NCBI GenBank assembly: GCA_045586685.1
Contig: JAZNAU010000038.1
Location: 66,130-130,129, forward strand
Reading direction: 5' to 3'
DNA from: Clostridia bacterium
GTDB lineage: Bacteria > Bacillota > Clostridia > HGM11514
DNA length: 64,000 nucleotides
The notes under the pieces are model-generated. The model was not told where the DNA came from. It searched no databases and saw only the letters and a list, made by a program, of their open reading frames with translations. Shown here piece by piece: positions 9,295-19,645 of the stretch. Each line of letters begins with the position of its first letter. Positions within the stretch are counted from its first letter, which is position 1. A program made the translations under genes and the position numbers.

Positions 9295-10053
9295 TTATTC
9301 AGCAGGAATATACTTTTGAATGATATTCGCAACTGTACCGTCAGCGATCAGTTCGCCAAGAGCCTTGTCAATCTGTTCTAAAAGTTCGGGCTGTTCCTTG
9401 GATACTGCTGCTGCATAATCTTCTGTAATATATTCGGTATCAAGAATTTTCAGACCGGGGTTGTTTTCAACAAATACCTTTGCAGGCTCGTTATCAATAA
9501 CAACACAATCAACTTTTCCTGAATTCAGAGCCATTACCGCATCAGCACCTTTGTTGAATCTTTCAACTGTGCCAAGGCCTTCATCTTCAATATCCCATGT
9601 GCAGTACAAATCACCTGTTGTAGCGAGCTGAACACCGATTTTGTTGCTGGCACCTTCTTTGAAAAGGTCATCAGCAGTGGTAATTTCAGAATCTTCTTTT
9701 ACAATAATCACCTGAACACCTGTTGCATATGTCTGGGTGAAATTAACTTGTTCTTTTCTTTCATCAGTTACGGTCATACCTGCCATAACAAAATCATACT
9801 TGCCGGTCTGAACACCGGGAATCAAAGAATCAAAATCAACATTTTCAATCACAAGCTCTTTTCCCAGTTTTTCTGCGATTGCCTGAGCAATTTCCGCATC
9901 AATACCAACAATTTCTCCGCCTTCCATGTATTCATAGGGCGGAAACTCTGCATTGGTAGCCATGGTCAGGGTTTTTGCATCGTCACCACCACAGGCAACC
10001 AAGGACAGACCACATATTGCAATCAACAACAGGGCCACTACTCTTTTCATCAT
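9295..10053 (-). CDS. Amino-acid ABC transporter substrate-binding lipoprotein
   Basis: Lipobox LVAC; ATNAEFPPYEY, GMTVTDER (SBP family 3). Confidence 0.93.
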   Translation of the reverse strand: MMKRVVALLLIAICGLSLVACGGDDAKTLTMATNAEFPPYEYMEGGEIVGIDAEIAQAIAEKLGKELVIENVDFDSLIPGVQTGKYDFVMAGMTVTDERKEQVNFTQTYATGVQVIIVKEDSEITTADDLFKEGASNKIGVQLATTGDLYCTWDIEDEGLGTVERFNKGADAVMALNSGKVDCVVIDNEPAKVFVENNPGLKILDTEYITEDYAAAVSKEQPELLEQIDKALGELIADGTVANIIQKYIPAE

Positions 10054-10144
10054 AAAAATTCCTCCTACTTAATAAAATATTATATTATAATCATAGCATA
10101 TTCATAGTAAAAAAGCAAGCTTTTTTTCAATTTTACCCAAATTT

Positions 10145-11029
10145 TTATGCCCGAGGATGGGTTCTTTGATAAACATCACGAATCCGTTCTTTGGCAAGAC
10201 GGGCATAGCCTTGGGTGGTAGCAGAGCTAACATGTCCCATTAACTGTTGCATAGAGCGGACATCTGCCCCATTTTCCAGCAGATGAATAGCAAAGGACTG
10301 CCGAAGAATCTGGGGGGTAATTTCTTTTTTTAATCCTGCCATATTCTGATAATGCTTTACTAATTTCCAAAATCCTTGTCTTGAAAAACGACTGCCGTTA
10401 CAATTTACAAACAATGCATACTCGTCCGGCCGATACACAAGATAAGGTCTGACCTTTTTTAAATACTCAGAAATGCATGAAACTGCCGTTTCATAAACAG
10501 GAACGTTTCTTTCATGCTCCCCTTCCCCGCATTTTATGTACCGTTCACGAAGGTTGACATCCTCAACATTTAATGCAATCAACTCCGACACACGGATTCC
10601 TGTAGCATACAAAAGCTCCAGCATTGCTTTATCACGGCATCCCTTCGAGTCAATGGCCTTTGGCTGGTCTAGCAACAGTTCAACCTCAAGATTGGTCAGG
10701 ATTTTAGGCGTTTTTTTCTCACCTCTGTCAATATGTAACCCCAAAGTCGGGTTCTTTTCCATATTTCCTTTATCTGTAAAATACTGGTACATAGAGCGAA
10801 TAGATGAAAGAGTTCTTGCGACCGTCGTCCCTGCTTTTCCCTTGGCAGATAAATCAGATAAATATCGTTCTACCGTTTTTCGATTCACACCCAACAAATC
10901 ATCAATTCGTTCCTCTGTTAAAAAACGAAGATAAGCATTCAAATCTCTGCCATAGGATTCCATTGTACTGGCAGATGCTCCTTTTTCTTCTTTTAAAAAG
11001 GTGAAAAATTCAGTCATATATTCTTCCAT
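10145..11029 (-). CDS. xerD: XerD/RipX-like tyrosine recombinase with atypical active site
   Basis: LYATGIRVSEL, LMGH...TTQGY, C-terminal HPRA; downstream of spoIIM; start set at ATG 11029 after AGAGGTG. Confidence 0.85.
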   Translation of the reverse strand: MEEYMTEFFTFLKEEKGASASTMESYGRDLNAYLRFLTEERIDDLLGVNRKTVERYLSDLSAKGKAGTTVARTLSSIRSMYQYFTDKGNMEKNPTLGLHIDRGEKKTPKILTNLEVELLLDQPKAIDSKGCRDKAMLELLYATGIRVSELIALNVEDVNLRERYIKCGEGEHERNVPVYETAVSCISEYLKKVRPYLVYRPDEYALFVNCNGSRFSRQGFWKLVKHYQNMAGLKKEITPQILRQSFAIHLLENGADVRSMQQLMGHVSSATTQGYARLAKERIRDVYQRTHPRA

Positions 11030-11039
11030 TTCTACACCT

Positions 11040-11660
11040 CTATCCATACAAATTTGAAATCAGTCCCAACAATTTCGGAACAAAATACACATCAATCATT
11101 CCCGCAACTAGCAATCCAACTGTGCAAAAAGCCATCACGGTAAAAAGTTGCAAAGACACCTGTCGAAATCCTTTCCCCGTTCGTTTTTTGCAACAACACT
11201 CCAAAATGTAAAAGGAAGTTTTGGTACACTCCAAGGCTCCTATCAGCAAAAAAGGAACCCAAATCACAGCTGACGGTACAATCCCCATAAGTATAAAAGG
11301 AATTACTTTTATTCCATACAGGCGAAAAAATACCATTGCCGTAAAACCGGCGGCAAAACCTTTGTACCAAACCAGAAAAGGAATGACACCAATGCCAAAC
11401 AAGGAAAAACCACTGACCAAGAGAAGCCCTGACAAGGAAACTGTCTGCAACACAGATTTATGAAACAATTCTCCGAAAAAAATTTTTTCCGGTTGTGACA
11501 GTGTTGTAAAAAAAACACCCAGAAATTCCCGTAATTCATCCTCGTTTCCGATGTTATCAAAACAGCTGCATCCTAAAATCAGTCCCAATACAAGAGCGGT
11601 TATCAAAATAATAAATGAAACACTGTTTCTCGCAATATACTGTTCAATCAATCGTTTCAA
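11040..11660 (-). CDS. spoIIM: Stage II sporulation protein M
   Basis: About 200-aa multi-TM protein with KGFAAGFT motif, upstream of xerD, sigma-E-like promoter. Confidence 0.8.
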   Translation of the reverse strand: MKRLIEQYIARNSVSFIILITALVLGLILGCSCFDNIGNEDELREFLGVFFTTLSQPEKIFFGELFHKSVLQTVSLSGLLLVSGFSLFGIGVIPFLVWYKGFAAGFTAMVFFRLYGIKVIPFILMGIVPSAVIWVPFLLIGALECTKTSFYILECCCKKRTGKGFRQVSLQLFTVMAFCTVGLLVAGMIDVYFVPKLLGLISNLYG

Positions 11661-11691
11661 AAATGTCCCACCTATCTAAAACAGATACCCT

Positions 11692-11720
11692 ATTTTATGA
11701 AGGCGGACAAGAAGTATATC
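11692..11720 (-). promoter_or_regulatory. sigma-E-like promoter of spoIIM
   Basis: ATA-17-CATAAAAT fits the sigma-E consensus ATA-(16-18)-CATAcanT. Confidence 0.65.
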
Positions 11721-11724
11721 CCTT

Positions 11725-12525
11725 TTATTTACTCATTGCCTCCGATTTATCCGAGCAGCTTTTCATTGCATCCATCAATGCTGTTCTAAATCCCTTTTGT
11801 TCCAATACCTTTACTGCCTCAATGGTAGTTCCCCCTGGCGAACAAACCATATCCTTTAATTTTGCAGGATGAATACGGGTTTGTGCTGCCATTGCTGCAG
11901 ACCCTTCTATGGTTTTCGCTGCCAGAACATAAGCCTCCTCGCGGGGAATTCCTGTAAGAACTGCTGCATCCGCCATTGCTTCAATCATCATAAAAACATA
12001 GGCAGGAGCACTTCCGTTGACTGCAACCGCTGCATTTAACAATTTTTCTTCAAGATAGATACAATCACCCAGACAAGAAAGAATTTCCCGTCCTAACTCC
12101 ACATCTTCCTCGAATACAGACGAATCATAAGTATAAACCGTCATGCCCTTATTTACTTGAGCAGGCATGTTAGGCATGGTCCTAATGACCCGAACAGGTT
12201 TTTGGAAAAAACTTTTAATATAAGAAATGGACAAACCCGGCGCAATGGTAAGATACAGTTTATCCGAAAATTCCTTTATTTCTTCTAAAACGAAAGGATA
12301 AATGTTCGGCTTCACCGCTAAAACAATTACATCAGATTCTTCTGCCACCTGACAATTATCGCGGGTTGTATTCACGCCAAATGCAGAAATTTCCCGCAAT
12401 TTTTCTTCTGATCGGTCGCTTACTGTAATCAATTTTGGAGAAATTCTGCCAACAAGACCTTTTACAATGGCAGAGGCCATATTTCCCGCGCCGATTACCC
12501 CGATTCTTTGTTCTAATAATTTCAT
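11725..12525 (-). CDS. proC: Pyrroline-5-carboxylate reductase
   Basis: GVIGAGNMA, AVKP, RTMPN, VCSPGGTT. Confidence 0.95.
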   Translation of the reverse strand: MKLLEQRIGVIGAGNMASAIVKGLVGRISPKLITVSDRSEEKLREISAFGVNTTRDNCQVAEESDVIVLAVKPNIYPFVLEEIKEFSDKLYLTIAPGLSISYIKSFFQKPVRVIRTMPNMPAQVNKGMTVYTYDSSVFEEDVELGREILSCLGDCIYLEEKLLNAAVAVNGSAPAYVFMMIEAMADAAVLTGIPREEAYVLAAKTIEGSAAMAAQTRIHPAKLKDMVCSPGGTTIEAVKVLEQKGFRTALMDAMKSCSDKSEAMSK

Positions 12526-12543
12526 AATCATTCCTTCTTTCAA

Positions 12544-12603
12544 AAAACAGACGGAAATTCCCTCCGTCTGTTTTATTATAGCATAGATTCAATTTAGTTG
12601 CAA
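12544..12603 (-). promoter_or_regulatory. proC sigma-A promoter abutting a terminator-like hairpin
   Basis: TTGCAA-17-TATAAT (12603-12575); 12-bp stem 12544-12574. Confidence 0.65.
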
Positions 12604-12619
12604 CATAAAAAATTTGGTG

Positions 12620-13810
12620 TTAAAATCCTTTTTGTAAAAATTTTTCAATACGATTCAAGCCTTCTTCTATATTTTTCATAGAGGTTGCATAGGAAAGACG
12701 GACAAAGCCATCTGCACTAAAGCCGATACCGGAAACAGCAGCAACCTTGGCAACCTCCAATAATGCTTCACAAAAATCATCGGAATTTTCAATGTTATGA
12801 CCATAAAACTCTTTCCCAAAACATTCACTGACATTCATCATAACATAAAATGCACCCGAAGGCTTTTTGCAAGACAGACCTTCAATGCTGTTAATCCGGT
12901 CAACCATATAATTTCTGCGTTCTTCAAAGGTTTTCCGCATCATTTCTACACATTCCTGCTCTCCGTCCAGTGCTGCCTCTGCTGCTTTCTGAGCAATAGA
13001 GTTTGGATTGGAAGTTTGATGGCTTTGAAGATTTCCCATCGCTTTTGCAAGACTGCTGTTTGACGCAGTATAACCGATTCTCCACCCTGTCATAGCATGG
13101 CTTTTAGAAAGTCCGTTTATGATGATGGTGCGTTCTTTTATTTCTTCACTGACGGAGGCGATAGAAACGTGCGAGATTCCGTCATAAATCAGCTTTTCAT
13201 AAATTTCATCTGATACAATATAAAAATCCTTTTCAACCGCCAATTCACCGATTGCTTTCAATTCTTCTTTCGTATAAAGCATACCGGTAGGATTGCTGGG
13301 GCTATTTAACACCAAGGCGCGAGTGCGGTCAGTCACCGCTCTTTTCAAATCCTCAACCGTAAATTTAAAATTGTTTTCTTCCGTAGTAGGCATAATCACC
13401 GGCACACCGTCAGCCAGTTTAATCATTTCAGGATAACTGACCCAGTAAGGTGCAGGAACAATGACTTCATCCCCAGGATTGCAAATTGCAGTAAAGGTAT
13501 TCACCAAAGACTGCTTGGCTCCATTACTGACAACAATATTGGCAGGGGTATATTCCAATGAATTATCTCTTGCCAGTTTCCTGCAAATTGCTTCCTTCAG
13601 TTCCTTTGTTCCGGAAGCGGGAGTATATTTGGTAAAACCATCCTGGATGGCTTTGATTGCAGCTGCCTTGATGTAATCGGGAGTATCAAAATCCGGCTGC
13701 CCTGCTCCGAACCCGATGACATCTACACCCTCCCCGCGCATTATTTTCACTTTTTCGTCAATCGCTAAGGTAGGAGACGGTGCAACTGTACGAATTTTTT
13801 CTGATAACAT
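12620..13810 (-). CDS. aspC: Class I PLP aminotransferase (aspartate aminotransferase)
   Basis: GQPDF, NSPSNPTG, SDEIY, SKSHAMTGWRIG. Confidence 0.88.
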   Translation of the reverse strand: MLSEKIRTVAPSPTLAIDEKVKIMRGEGVDVIGFGAGQPDFDTPDYIKAAAIKAIQDGFTKYTPASGTKELKEAICRKLARDNSLEYTPANIVVSNGAKQSLVNTFTAICNPGDEVIVPAPYWVSYPEMIKLADGVPVIMPTTEENNFKFTVEDLKRAVTDRTRALVLNSPSNPTGMLYTKEELKAIGELAVEKDFYIVSDEIYEKLIYDGISHVSIASVSEEIKERTIIINGLSKSHAMTGWRIGYTASNSSLAKAMGNLQSHQTSNPNSIAQKAAEAALDGEQECVEMMRKTFEERRNYMVDRINSIEGLSCKKPSGAFYVMMNVSECFGKEFYGHNIENSDDFCEALLEVAKVAAVSGIGFSADGFVRLSYATSMKNIEEGLNRIEKFLQKGF

Positions 13811-13892
13811 TATCAAATCCCTCCACAAAAATAAATCATACTGTTATTATAATATAAAATAAGAAAATTTGCAAGTTCTTTTATAAAAAAAT

Positions 13893-14804
13893 TCATAAAT
13901 TATTTTTCAAAAACCTTATGTAATTTTTACAAAAGAGTGATTTTACTAATTCTTCCGAATAAAATTGGCATAAGGTTTCATACAAAAATTCATAATCCTG
14001 AATCCCAATAAAGTTTTTCATGCAAGAATCAATTCCGTCGAAATCTGCTCCCAGACCAATGCAATTCTTCCCGCCAAGAGCAAGAAAATGCTCCAAATGA
14101 CGAAGAAAATCGGTTATATCCGCCTCTCCTTTTTCGTTTAAAAAGAGAGGATAAGTATTAAGCCCCACCATACCGTCCATTTCACAAATCATTTGAAACT
14201 GTTCATCCGTCAGATTTCTCGGATGAGAACAAATACGACGTGAGTTGGAGTGACTTGCAATCAAAGGTTTTTCCGTCAATTCTGCCAAATCATAAAAGCT
14301 TTTATCAGATGCATGGGAAACGTCTATCAACATTCCCAGACGATTCATCTCTTTTACCGCTTTTCTTCCAAGCTCGGTAACACCAATCCCCGTCCCAAGA
14401 ACACCTCCGCAAAGAGGAGTATCCTCATTCCAACTCAGGCTCATACACCGTACCCCTTTTTCATACAGGGTTTGCACCATAGAAACATCTGAGCCAAATC
14501 CGCCCTCTACCGTCAGAAATGCGACAGTCTTATTGTCTTTCAGTCCTTCTTGTAATTCTTGATAATTGGTTGCCTTACAAATCAGATCAGAATTGTTTTC
14601 AATTTCTTGTTCCATCGCATCCAAAAGAGTCAAGCACCGTTTTTGTGGACTTGGTTCCTCGGGCGGTATGAAAGCGGCAAAAAACTGAACAAAACCTTGA
14701 TATTTCATAGCACGTTTCAAGCTCCAATGTCCCTTGGAGTCAAACAGAGATTCTCCTTTGGCTAGTTTCGTTGCAGTGTCACAATGAGAATCGACAATGA
14801 CCAT
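13893..14804 (-). CDS. Membrane dipeptidase family (M19) peptidase
   Basis: DSHCD, IDVSH, ASHSN, RNLTD, GADFDG. Confidence 0.9.
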   Translation of the reverse strand: MVIVDSHCDTATKLAKGESLFDSKGHWSLKRAMKYQGFVQFFAAFIPPEEPSPQKRCLTLLDAMEQEIENNSDLICKATNYQELQEGLKDNKTVAFLTVEGGFGSDVSMVQTLYEKGVRCMSLSWNEDTPLCGGVLGTGIGVTELGRKAVKEMNRLGMLIDVSHASDKSFYDLAELTEKPLIASHSNSRRICSHPRNLTDEQFQMICEMDGMVGLNTYPLFLNEKGEADITDFLRHLEHFLALGGKNCIGLGADFDGIDSCMKNFIGIQDYEFLYETLCQFYSEELVKSLFCKNYIRFLKNNL

Positions 14805-14817
14805 AGATTCCTCCCAA

Positions 14818-15183
14818 TTAAAAAGCCTGTTCTATATGATTGATTTCTTTTACACGAAATCCCCCAAACAGAGAAGGCTCTGCCATTACTTCAATGATAT
14901 CGAACCGAATATCTGTATCCTTATCATATGTACGTAAAAACTCTTGTGCCACCATTTTTATTTTTTCTTGTTTTCTGTATCCAACTGCCTCGGAAGGTGC
15001 TCCATAGTTTCTGGTTTGTCTGGTTTTGACTTCTGCAAACACCAAAACATTTGATTTTTCCACAATTAAATCTACCTCCCCGTAACGGCAGGTATAATTT
15101 GAAACGATTTTACGATATCCTTTTTTTCTAAAATAACGGGCGGCCTCCCATTCGCCGAAACCGCCCAATCTTTTATTATCCAT
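14818..15183 (-). CDS. yraN: YraN-family endonuclease-fold protein
   Basis: GEVDLI...EVKTR, RFDIIEV; follows rnhB; start set at ATG 15183. Confidence 0.88.
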   Translation of the reverse strand: MDNKRLGGFGEWEAARYFRKKGYRKIVSNYTCRYGEVDLIVEKSNVLVFAEVKTRQTRNYGAPSEAVGYRKQEKIKMVAQEFLRTYDKDTDIRFDIIEVMAEPSLFGGFRVKEINHIEQAF

Positions 15184-15188
15184 CTTCT

Positions 15189-15782
15189 TTACTCCACAAA
15201 TTTGCGACAAAAAGTTTTTCTGTGAATGGGACTTAATCCCCATTTCTTAATGGCTTCAATATGTACCTTCGTTCCGTATCCTTTATGCTTGGAAAATCCG
15301 TATTTCGGATACTTTGCATCACACTCACAAATAAATCGGTCACGGCTCACCTTTGCTAAAATTGATGCCGCTGCAATACAAGCAACCTTTCCATCACCCT
15401 TTACCACGCATTCATGCGGCAGAGTAATTCCCTTGCTTCGATTGCCGTCAATCAGTACGTAATCCGGTGTTACCTCCAAGCCTTCCACTGCACCAAGCAT
15501 AGCTTGAAAGGTTGCATTTAAAATATTGATTTCATCAATGATCCCTTCATCTACTGAACAAACTGCATAGGCTACCGCATTTTGAATAATATATTCATAT
15601 AGTTCTTCTCTCTTTTTTTCAGACAGCTTTTTGGAGTCTTTAATATCGGGAATATAGTTCTCTTCTTCCATAATCACCGCCGCTGCAAACACAGGTCCTG
15701 CAAGAGGTCCTCTGCCCGCTTCGTCCACACCTGCAACAAAGCGAAATCCACGGCTGTGAAGCTCCTGTTCCATAGTAATCAT
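15189..15782 (-). CDS. rnhB: Ribonuclease HII
   Basis: [32 protein letters not shown]. Confidence 0.96.
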   Translation of the reverse strand: MITMEQELHSRGFRFVAGVDEAGRGPLAGPVFAAAVIMEEENYIPDIKDSKKLSEKKREELYEYIIQNAVAYAVCSVDEGIIDEINILNATFQAMLGAVEGLEVTPDYVLIDGNRSKGITLPHECVVKGDGKVACIAAASILAKVSRDRFICECDAKYPKYGFSKHKGYGTKVHIEAIKKWGLSPIHRKTFCRKFVE

Positions 15783-16633
15783 AACAAATCCACCGGTCTT
15801 TCCAACGAAATTTTTCCAAGCACTGCCCCGCGGAATTCGTCCAATAACACAAAAGCACCCCGTCTTGTATCCGCTTGCCCGCCCCGAACTAAAAAACCGC
15901 GGCTTTTGGAAATCTGCTCCAACACTTCATAATCCATCGTTTCAAGATGCTCAAGCTTATATCGCTCACAAAGCTGATCGGCATAATGCTTTCTTAAAGT
16001 TCCTATCAGATAGCATGCCAATTCTTCCATATCCATCACATCATCCTTAATAGCACCTGTAAAAGCAAGATGAAGTCCCACTTGGCTATTTTCAAATTTC
16101 GGCCATAAAATTCCGGGTGTGTCCAAAAGCTCATAGCCATTTTTCAAACGAATCCACTGCTTTCCTCGGGTCACACCGGGACGGTCCCCCGTCTTGGTAC
16201 TGCTCCGACCGGACAGGCGGTTAATCAACGAGGATTTTCCCACATTAGGAACTCCTACCACCATCATTCTGATTTTTCGGTTGACCATTCCTTTTTCACG
16301 GTCACGCTGAATTTTCTCTGCCAAAACCTGTTCTGCCGCATCAAACACCTGATTGATTCCCTGACCGGTCATGGCATTTACAGTGACACAGAGCAATCCA
16401 CGTTCTTTGTAATAGGTCTCCCATTGAGCGGTTACTGTTTTATCAGCTAAATCTGTTTTAGTAATAACAAGCAAACGAGGTTTTCCTTTTGTTAAATGAT
16501 CTAATTCCGGATTTCGAGAGGAAAAAGGAATTCTGGCATCAATCAATTCTACAATCAAATCAACCAGCTTTAAATCTGCTATTATTTCCCTACTCGTCTT
16601 GGTCATGTGACCGGGAAACCATTGAATGTCCAT
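15779..16633 (-). CDS. rbgA: Ribosome biogenesis GTPase RbgA/YlqF
   Basis: IQWFPGHM, DARIP, PNVGKSSLIN, DTPG. Confidence 0.96.
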   Translation of the reverse strand: MDIQWFPGHMTKTSREIIADLKLVDLIVELIDARIPFSSRNPELDHLTKGKPRLLVITKTDLADKTVTAQWETYYKERGLLCVTVNAMTGQGINQVFDAAEQVLAEKIQRDREKGMVNRKIRMMVVGVPNVGKSSLINRLSGRSSTKTGDRPGVTRGKQWIRLKNGYELLDTPGILWPKFENSQVGLHLAFTGAIKDDVMDMEELACYLIGTLRKHYADQLCERYKLEHLETMDYEVLEQISKSRGFLVRGGQADTRRGAFVLLDEFRGAVLGKISLERPVDLL

Positions 16634-16651
16634 TTTCCTCACCTCGCTTTT

Positions 16652-17296
16652 TTAGTATAATCCTCCAAAACGCTTATCAAAAGGGAAGAGCCGAACCCAT
16701 GCTTTCCCTACAATATCAGCATAATCAACTAAACCAACAGAAGTATTTCTGCAATCAAGACTATGCTGACGATTATCTCCCATAGCAAACAGATGTCCTT
16801 TTGGAATGGTAATGGGATAGGTCTGGTTGCCGCTTTCTGTTGTAGGAGAACCCAGATAGGGCTCAAGAATCACTTCTCCGTCCACAAACACCTGAGTATC
16901 ACGGATATCCACGGTCTGCCCTTCTGTTGCAATCACCCGCTTAATATAAGGACGCTCTTTATTCCCGTTAGGATAAAACACAATAATATCACCTTTTTTC
17001 GGCTCATATCCTAAACGAATCACCGCAAGACGGTCCCCTGTTGTTAAGGTATTCTCCATGGAAGGTCCTTCTACCACTACCATAGTGAATATAAAGGTAC
17101 GAATGACAAAGGTAATCAACAGTGCAATACCGATGACCGAAATCCAATCAATCAATTCCTTCAAAACAGGATGTGCTGCCGCAAAACCTGCTGCTCCTAT
17201 CTCAGATGAAATTTCTTCCAGTACTGTTTCTTCATTTTCTTCTGCAGAGTCCGGTTTTTCCTCCGGATCAAACATATTATTCTCATCTACCATCAT
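16652..17296 (-). CDS. lepB: Signal peptidase I
   Basis: GPSMENTL (Ser), IKRVIA (Lys), GDNR; acidic N-terminal extension; start uncertain. Confidence 0.93.
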   Translation of the reverse strand: MMVDENNMFDPEEKPDSAEENEETVLEEISSEIGAAGFAAAHPVLKELIDWISVIGIALLITFVIRTFIFTMVVVEGPSMENTLTTGDRLAVIRLGYEPKKGDIIVFYPNGNKERPYIKRVIATEGQTVDIRDTQVFVDGEVILEPYLGSPTTESGNQTYPITIPKGHLFAMGDNRQHSLDCRNTSVGLVDYADIVGKAWVRLFPFDKRFGGLY

Positions 17297-17365
17297 GATA
17301 TTCTCTCCATTCAAATTCCAAAAAATAAAGAAAAGGGGACGCTTTATTTAGCCTCCCCTTCGTCT

Positions 17366-17707
17366 TTAGATCTTTTCTTTTACCTTGGCAGCCTTTCCTA
17401 CACGGTCTCTCAGGTAGTACAGTTTTGCACGTCTTACTTTACCCTTACGTGATACTTCTATCTTGTCGATATTCGGTGAATTTACAGGGAAAGTTCTTTC
17501 CACACCAACACCGTAAGATACACGTCTGACCGTAAAGGTCTCTTGAATACCGCCGTGTTTCTTCGCAATGATAGTTCCTTCGAACATCTGGATTCTTTCG
17601 CGGTTTCCTTCTTTGACCTTCAGATAAATTTTTACGGTATCACCAATCAGCAGTTCAGGTAAATCAGTTCTGATCTGTTCTTCGGTAATTGCCTTCAAAA
17701 TATCCAT
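17366..17707 (-). CDS. rplS: 50S ribosomal protein L19
   Basis: [25 protein letters not shown]; start at ATG 17707 after GGAGG. Confidence 0.97.
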   Translation of the reverse strand: MDILKAITEEQIRTDLPELLIGDTVKIYLKVKEGNRERIQMFEGTIIAKKHGGIQETFTVRRVSYGVGVERTFPVNSPNIDKIEVSRKGKVRRAKLYYLRDRVGKAAKVKEKI

Positions 17708-17728
17708 CTGGCTTCCTCCTCTCTCCAT

Positions 17729-17772
17729 AGACATTCGTACCGTAATCATAATAAACGGCAGAGGACTATCCG
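17729..17772 (-). ncRNA. L19 leader-like cis-regulatory RNA
   Basis: GGATAGTCCTCTGCCGT...ACGGTACGAATGTCT between promoter and rplS; resembles the Firmicute L19 leader. Confidence 0.6.
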
Positions 17773-17784
17773 TAATTCCGTACT

Positions 17785-17813
17785 ATTATATCATAGATTT
17801 TTTGAAATTACAA
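17785..17813 (-). promoter_or_regulatory. sigma-A promoter of rplS operon
   Basis: TTGTAA-17-TATAAT with TGn. Confidence 0.7.
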
Positions 17814-17840
17814 GAGTTTTTTTAAATTTTTTCAAATTTT

Positions 17841-18569
17841 TTAAAAAATTCCTAATATTAGCTGATAAATCACCGGCATCAGCAATGCAGGTAAAAAATT
17901 TCCGATTTTGACGGTCTTGCCAAACACCAAATTGATTCCGATTCCTACAATCAATACAGATCCCACCATAGAAACCTGGGAAATCATAATATCGGTAAGA
18001 TAAGGCTCGATGACCACTGCAAAAGCAGTAATCAACCCTTGGTATAATGCCAACGGAAAAACCGAAAACAAAACTCCTATCCCCATGCTGGAAGCAAACA
18101 CCATTGCCATCACTCCATCCAGAAGAGATTTCACATACAATATAGAGGGGTCGCCCGAAATTCCATCCTGTAAGGAGCCTACTATTGCCATAGCACCTAC
18201 GCAAAAAATCAAGGTTACGGTGACCAAGCCCTCTGCAAAACGGGAATCCCCCTTTTGTTTGCACTTTTTCTTTAACACCTCTCCTACTTGTTCCAGCTTA
18301 TCTTCAATATTCAACAATTCTCCTATCAACACACCAATGACCAACGACAACACAATTAAAAGTGTTCCGGACGCTGTCACCCTTCCCTGCTCCACTGTCA
18401 ACATTTCCTGCAGTGCTCCGGAAATACCAATCATCATGGTAGAAAGGCCGCAAGCCTTTGTCAAGCTTGTCTTCAATTTATCGGGAATTCCGCCTTGAAT
18501 GGCAAGTCCCATACCTCCTCCAACCAACACTGCCAGCACATTAACTATTGTTCCTATTCCTCTTATCAT
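17841..18569 (-). CDS. DUF554 (YqgA/YdfK-like) membrane protein
   Basis: GTIVNVLAV, FCVGAMAIVGS, KSLLDG, NFLPAL. Confidence 0.85.
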   Translation of the reverse strand: MIRGIGTIVNVLAVLVGGGMGLAIQGGIPDKLKTSLTKACGLSTMMIGISGALQEMLTVEQGRVTASGTLLIVLSLVIGVLIGELLNIEDKLEQVGEVLKKKCKQKGDSRFAEGLVTVTLIFCVGAMAIVGSLQDGISGDPSILYVKSLLDGVMAMVFASSMGIGVLFSVFPLALYQGLITAFAVVIEPYLTDIMISQVSMVGSVLIVGIGINLVFGKTVKIGNFLPALLMPVIYQLILGIF

Positions 18570-18650
18570 TTTTTGTACTCCTGTTTCCTTTTATCATCAA
18601 TTTCGTGTCAAATCTTTAACAAAAAACAGCCTATTCGGCTGCTTTTTTTA

Positions 18651-19580
18651 TTATTCATTTGCAATTAGTTCTTCTTTTAATGCAATGGGCGTATCCAAGG
18701 AAATTTCACCAAATGTCACACCGCCTGTTTTTCCTTCTACATTAAATTTTACTTGATCTATAACGGTAAATTCTGACAAAGTTGCTACAATAGATTGAAT
18801 TGCAAGCATGTTGGTTGTGTTTTCGTTCTGTCTGTTATCGATAAAAGCAGAATTCAAATCAACAGTATAAGTATTTCCCGTACTGGAAATATTCAACAGT
18901 TGTGTACCGGAGGGAATCACGTTTATTTTATTTGCATAATCCTCCGTGCCGTATAAAAGCTCATAAATCATGGTTTTATCCAAATCGTCAATCATGGGAA
19001 CAAGTCGATATTCTCCATGAAGCTTTTCGCCCTGTTTATCAGGATAAAACAGCTTCAAAACTTCCACATTCAAGTTTTCTTTTTCAGCATAATCAACCAA
19101 ATGAACTTGATAGGGATACTGATAGAAGCCTTCAATAGGTTGTCCATCAGCAAGTAAGGTCATAGTTGCAATTTTCTCGCCTTGAACCGATACCCCCTGT
19201 GCCAAAGAGATGGCACAAAGCTCATTGATGAACAAAAATGATTCCTGATCGATTTCTGCAATTTCTTTAGAAAAGTTAACCGATGCCGCACTTCCATCAA
19301 CCGTTACAGAAAGCAACTCGGTATTTCTGGGAAACAAGTCTTTGTTGGCTTTCATCATTTGTTCCAAAACCAAAGTATTGATATCATCAGTTGCAGGAAA
19401 CTCCCGAACCATACGGGAAATATAATCCCTATCATAATTCAAAGTATATACAAAAATACTGGAAGCAGTAGGCTGATGTTCTTCAACCTCTGCAGTTGCA
19501 GTGTTGGTACATCCTGTAATGTTTACCGTTAATACAAATATCATCAACAAACATATGCTAAAATCAATGAGTTTTTTCAT
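18651..19580 (-). CDS. Lipoprotein with two GerMN domains
   Basis: Lipobox ITGC; two repeats of P..T.LL.....VNFS/VDLN; SIVATLSEF..IDQVKF. Confidence 0.75.
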   Translation of the reverse strand: MKKLIDFSICLLMIFVLTVNITGCTNTATAEVEEHQPTASSIFVYTLNYDRDYISRMVREFPATDDINTLVLEQMMKANKDLFPRNTELLSVTVDGSAASVNFSKEIAEIDQESFLFINELCAISLAQGVSVQGEKIATMTLLADGQPIEGFYQYPYQVHLVDYAEKENLNVEVLKLFYPDKQGEKLHGEYRLVPMIDDLDKTMIYELLYGTEDYANKINVIPSGTQLLNISSTGNTYTVDLNSAFIDNRQNENTTNMLAIQSIVATLSEFTVIDQVKFNVEGKTGGVTFGEISLDTPIALKEELIANE

Positions 19581-19615
19581 ATCAAAAGCTCCCATCCCAA
19601 TCTTTATCCATATAA

Positions 19616-19644
19616 ATTATACACCATTTTTTCAATTTTGTAAA
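19616..19644 (-). promoter_or_regulatory. sigma-A promoter of GerMN gene
   Basis: TTTACA-17-TATAAT. Confidence 0.6.
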
Positions 19645-19645
19645 G

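Noticed and set aside
10085-10118. ARG box upstream of the amino-acid ABC transporter
   Set aside because: Only a half-site match; better explained as the TTGCTT-17-TATGAT promoter
10145-11029. Tyrosine recombinase as integrase of a mobile element
   Set aside because: Conserved spoIIM-xerD housekeeping context, HPRA terminus, and no att repeats or cargo genes
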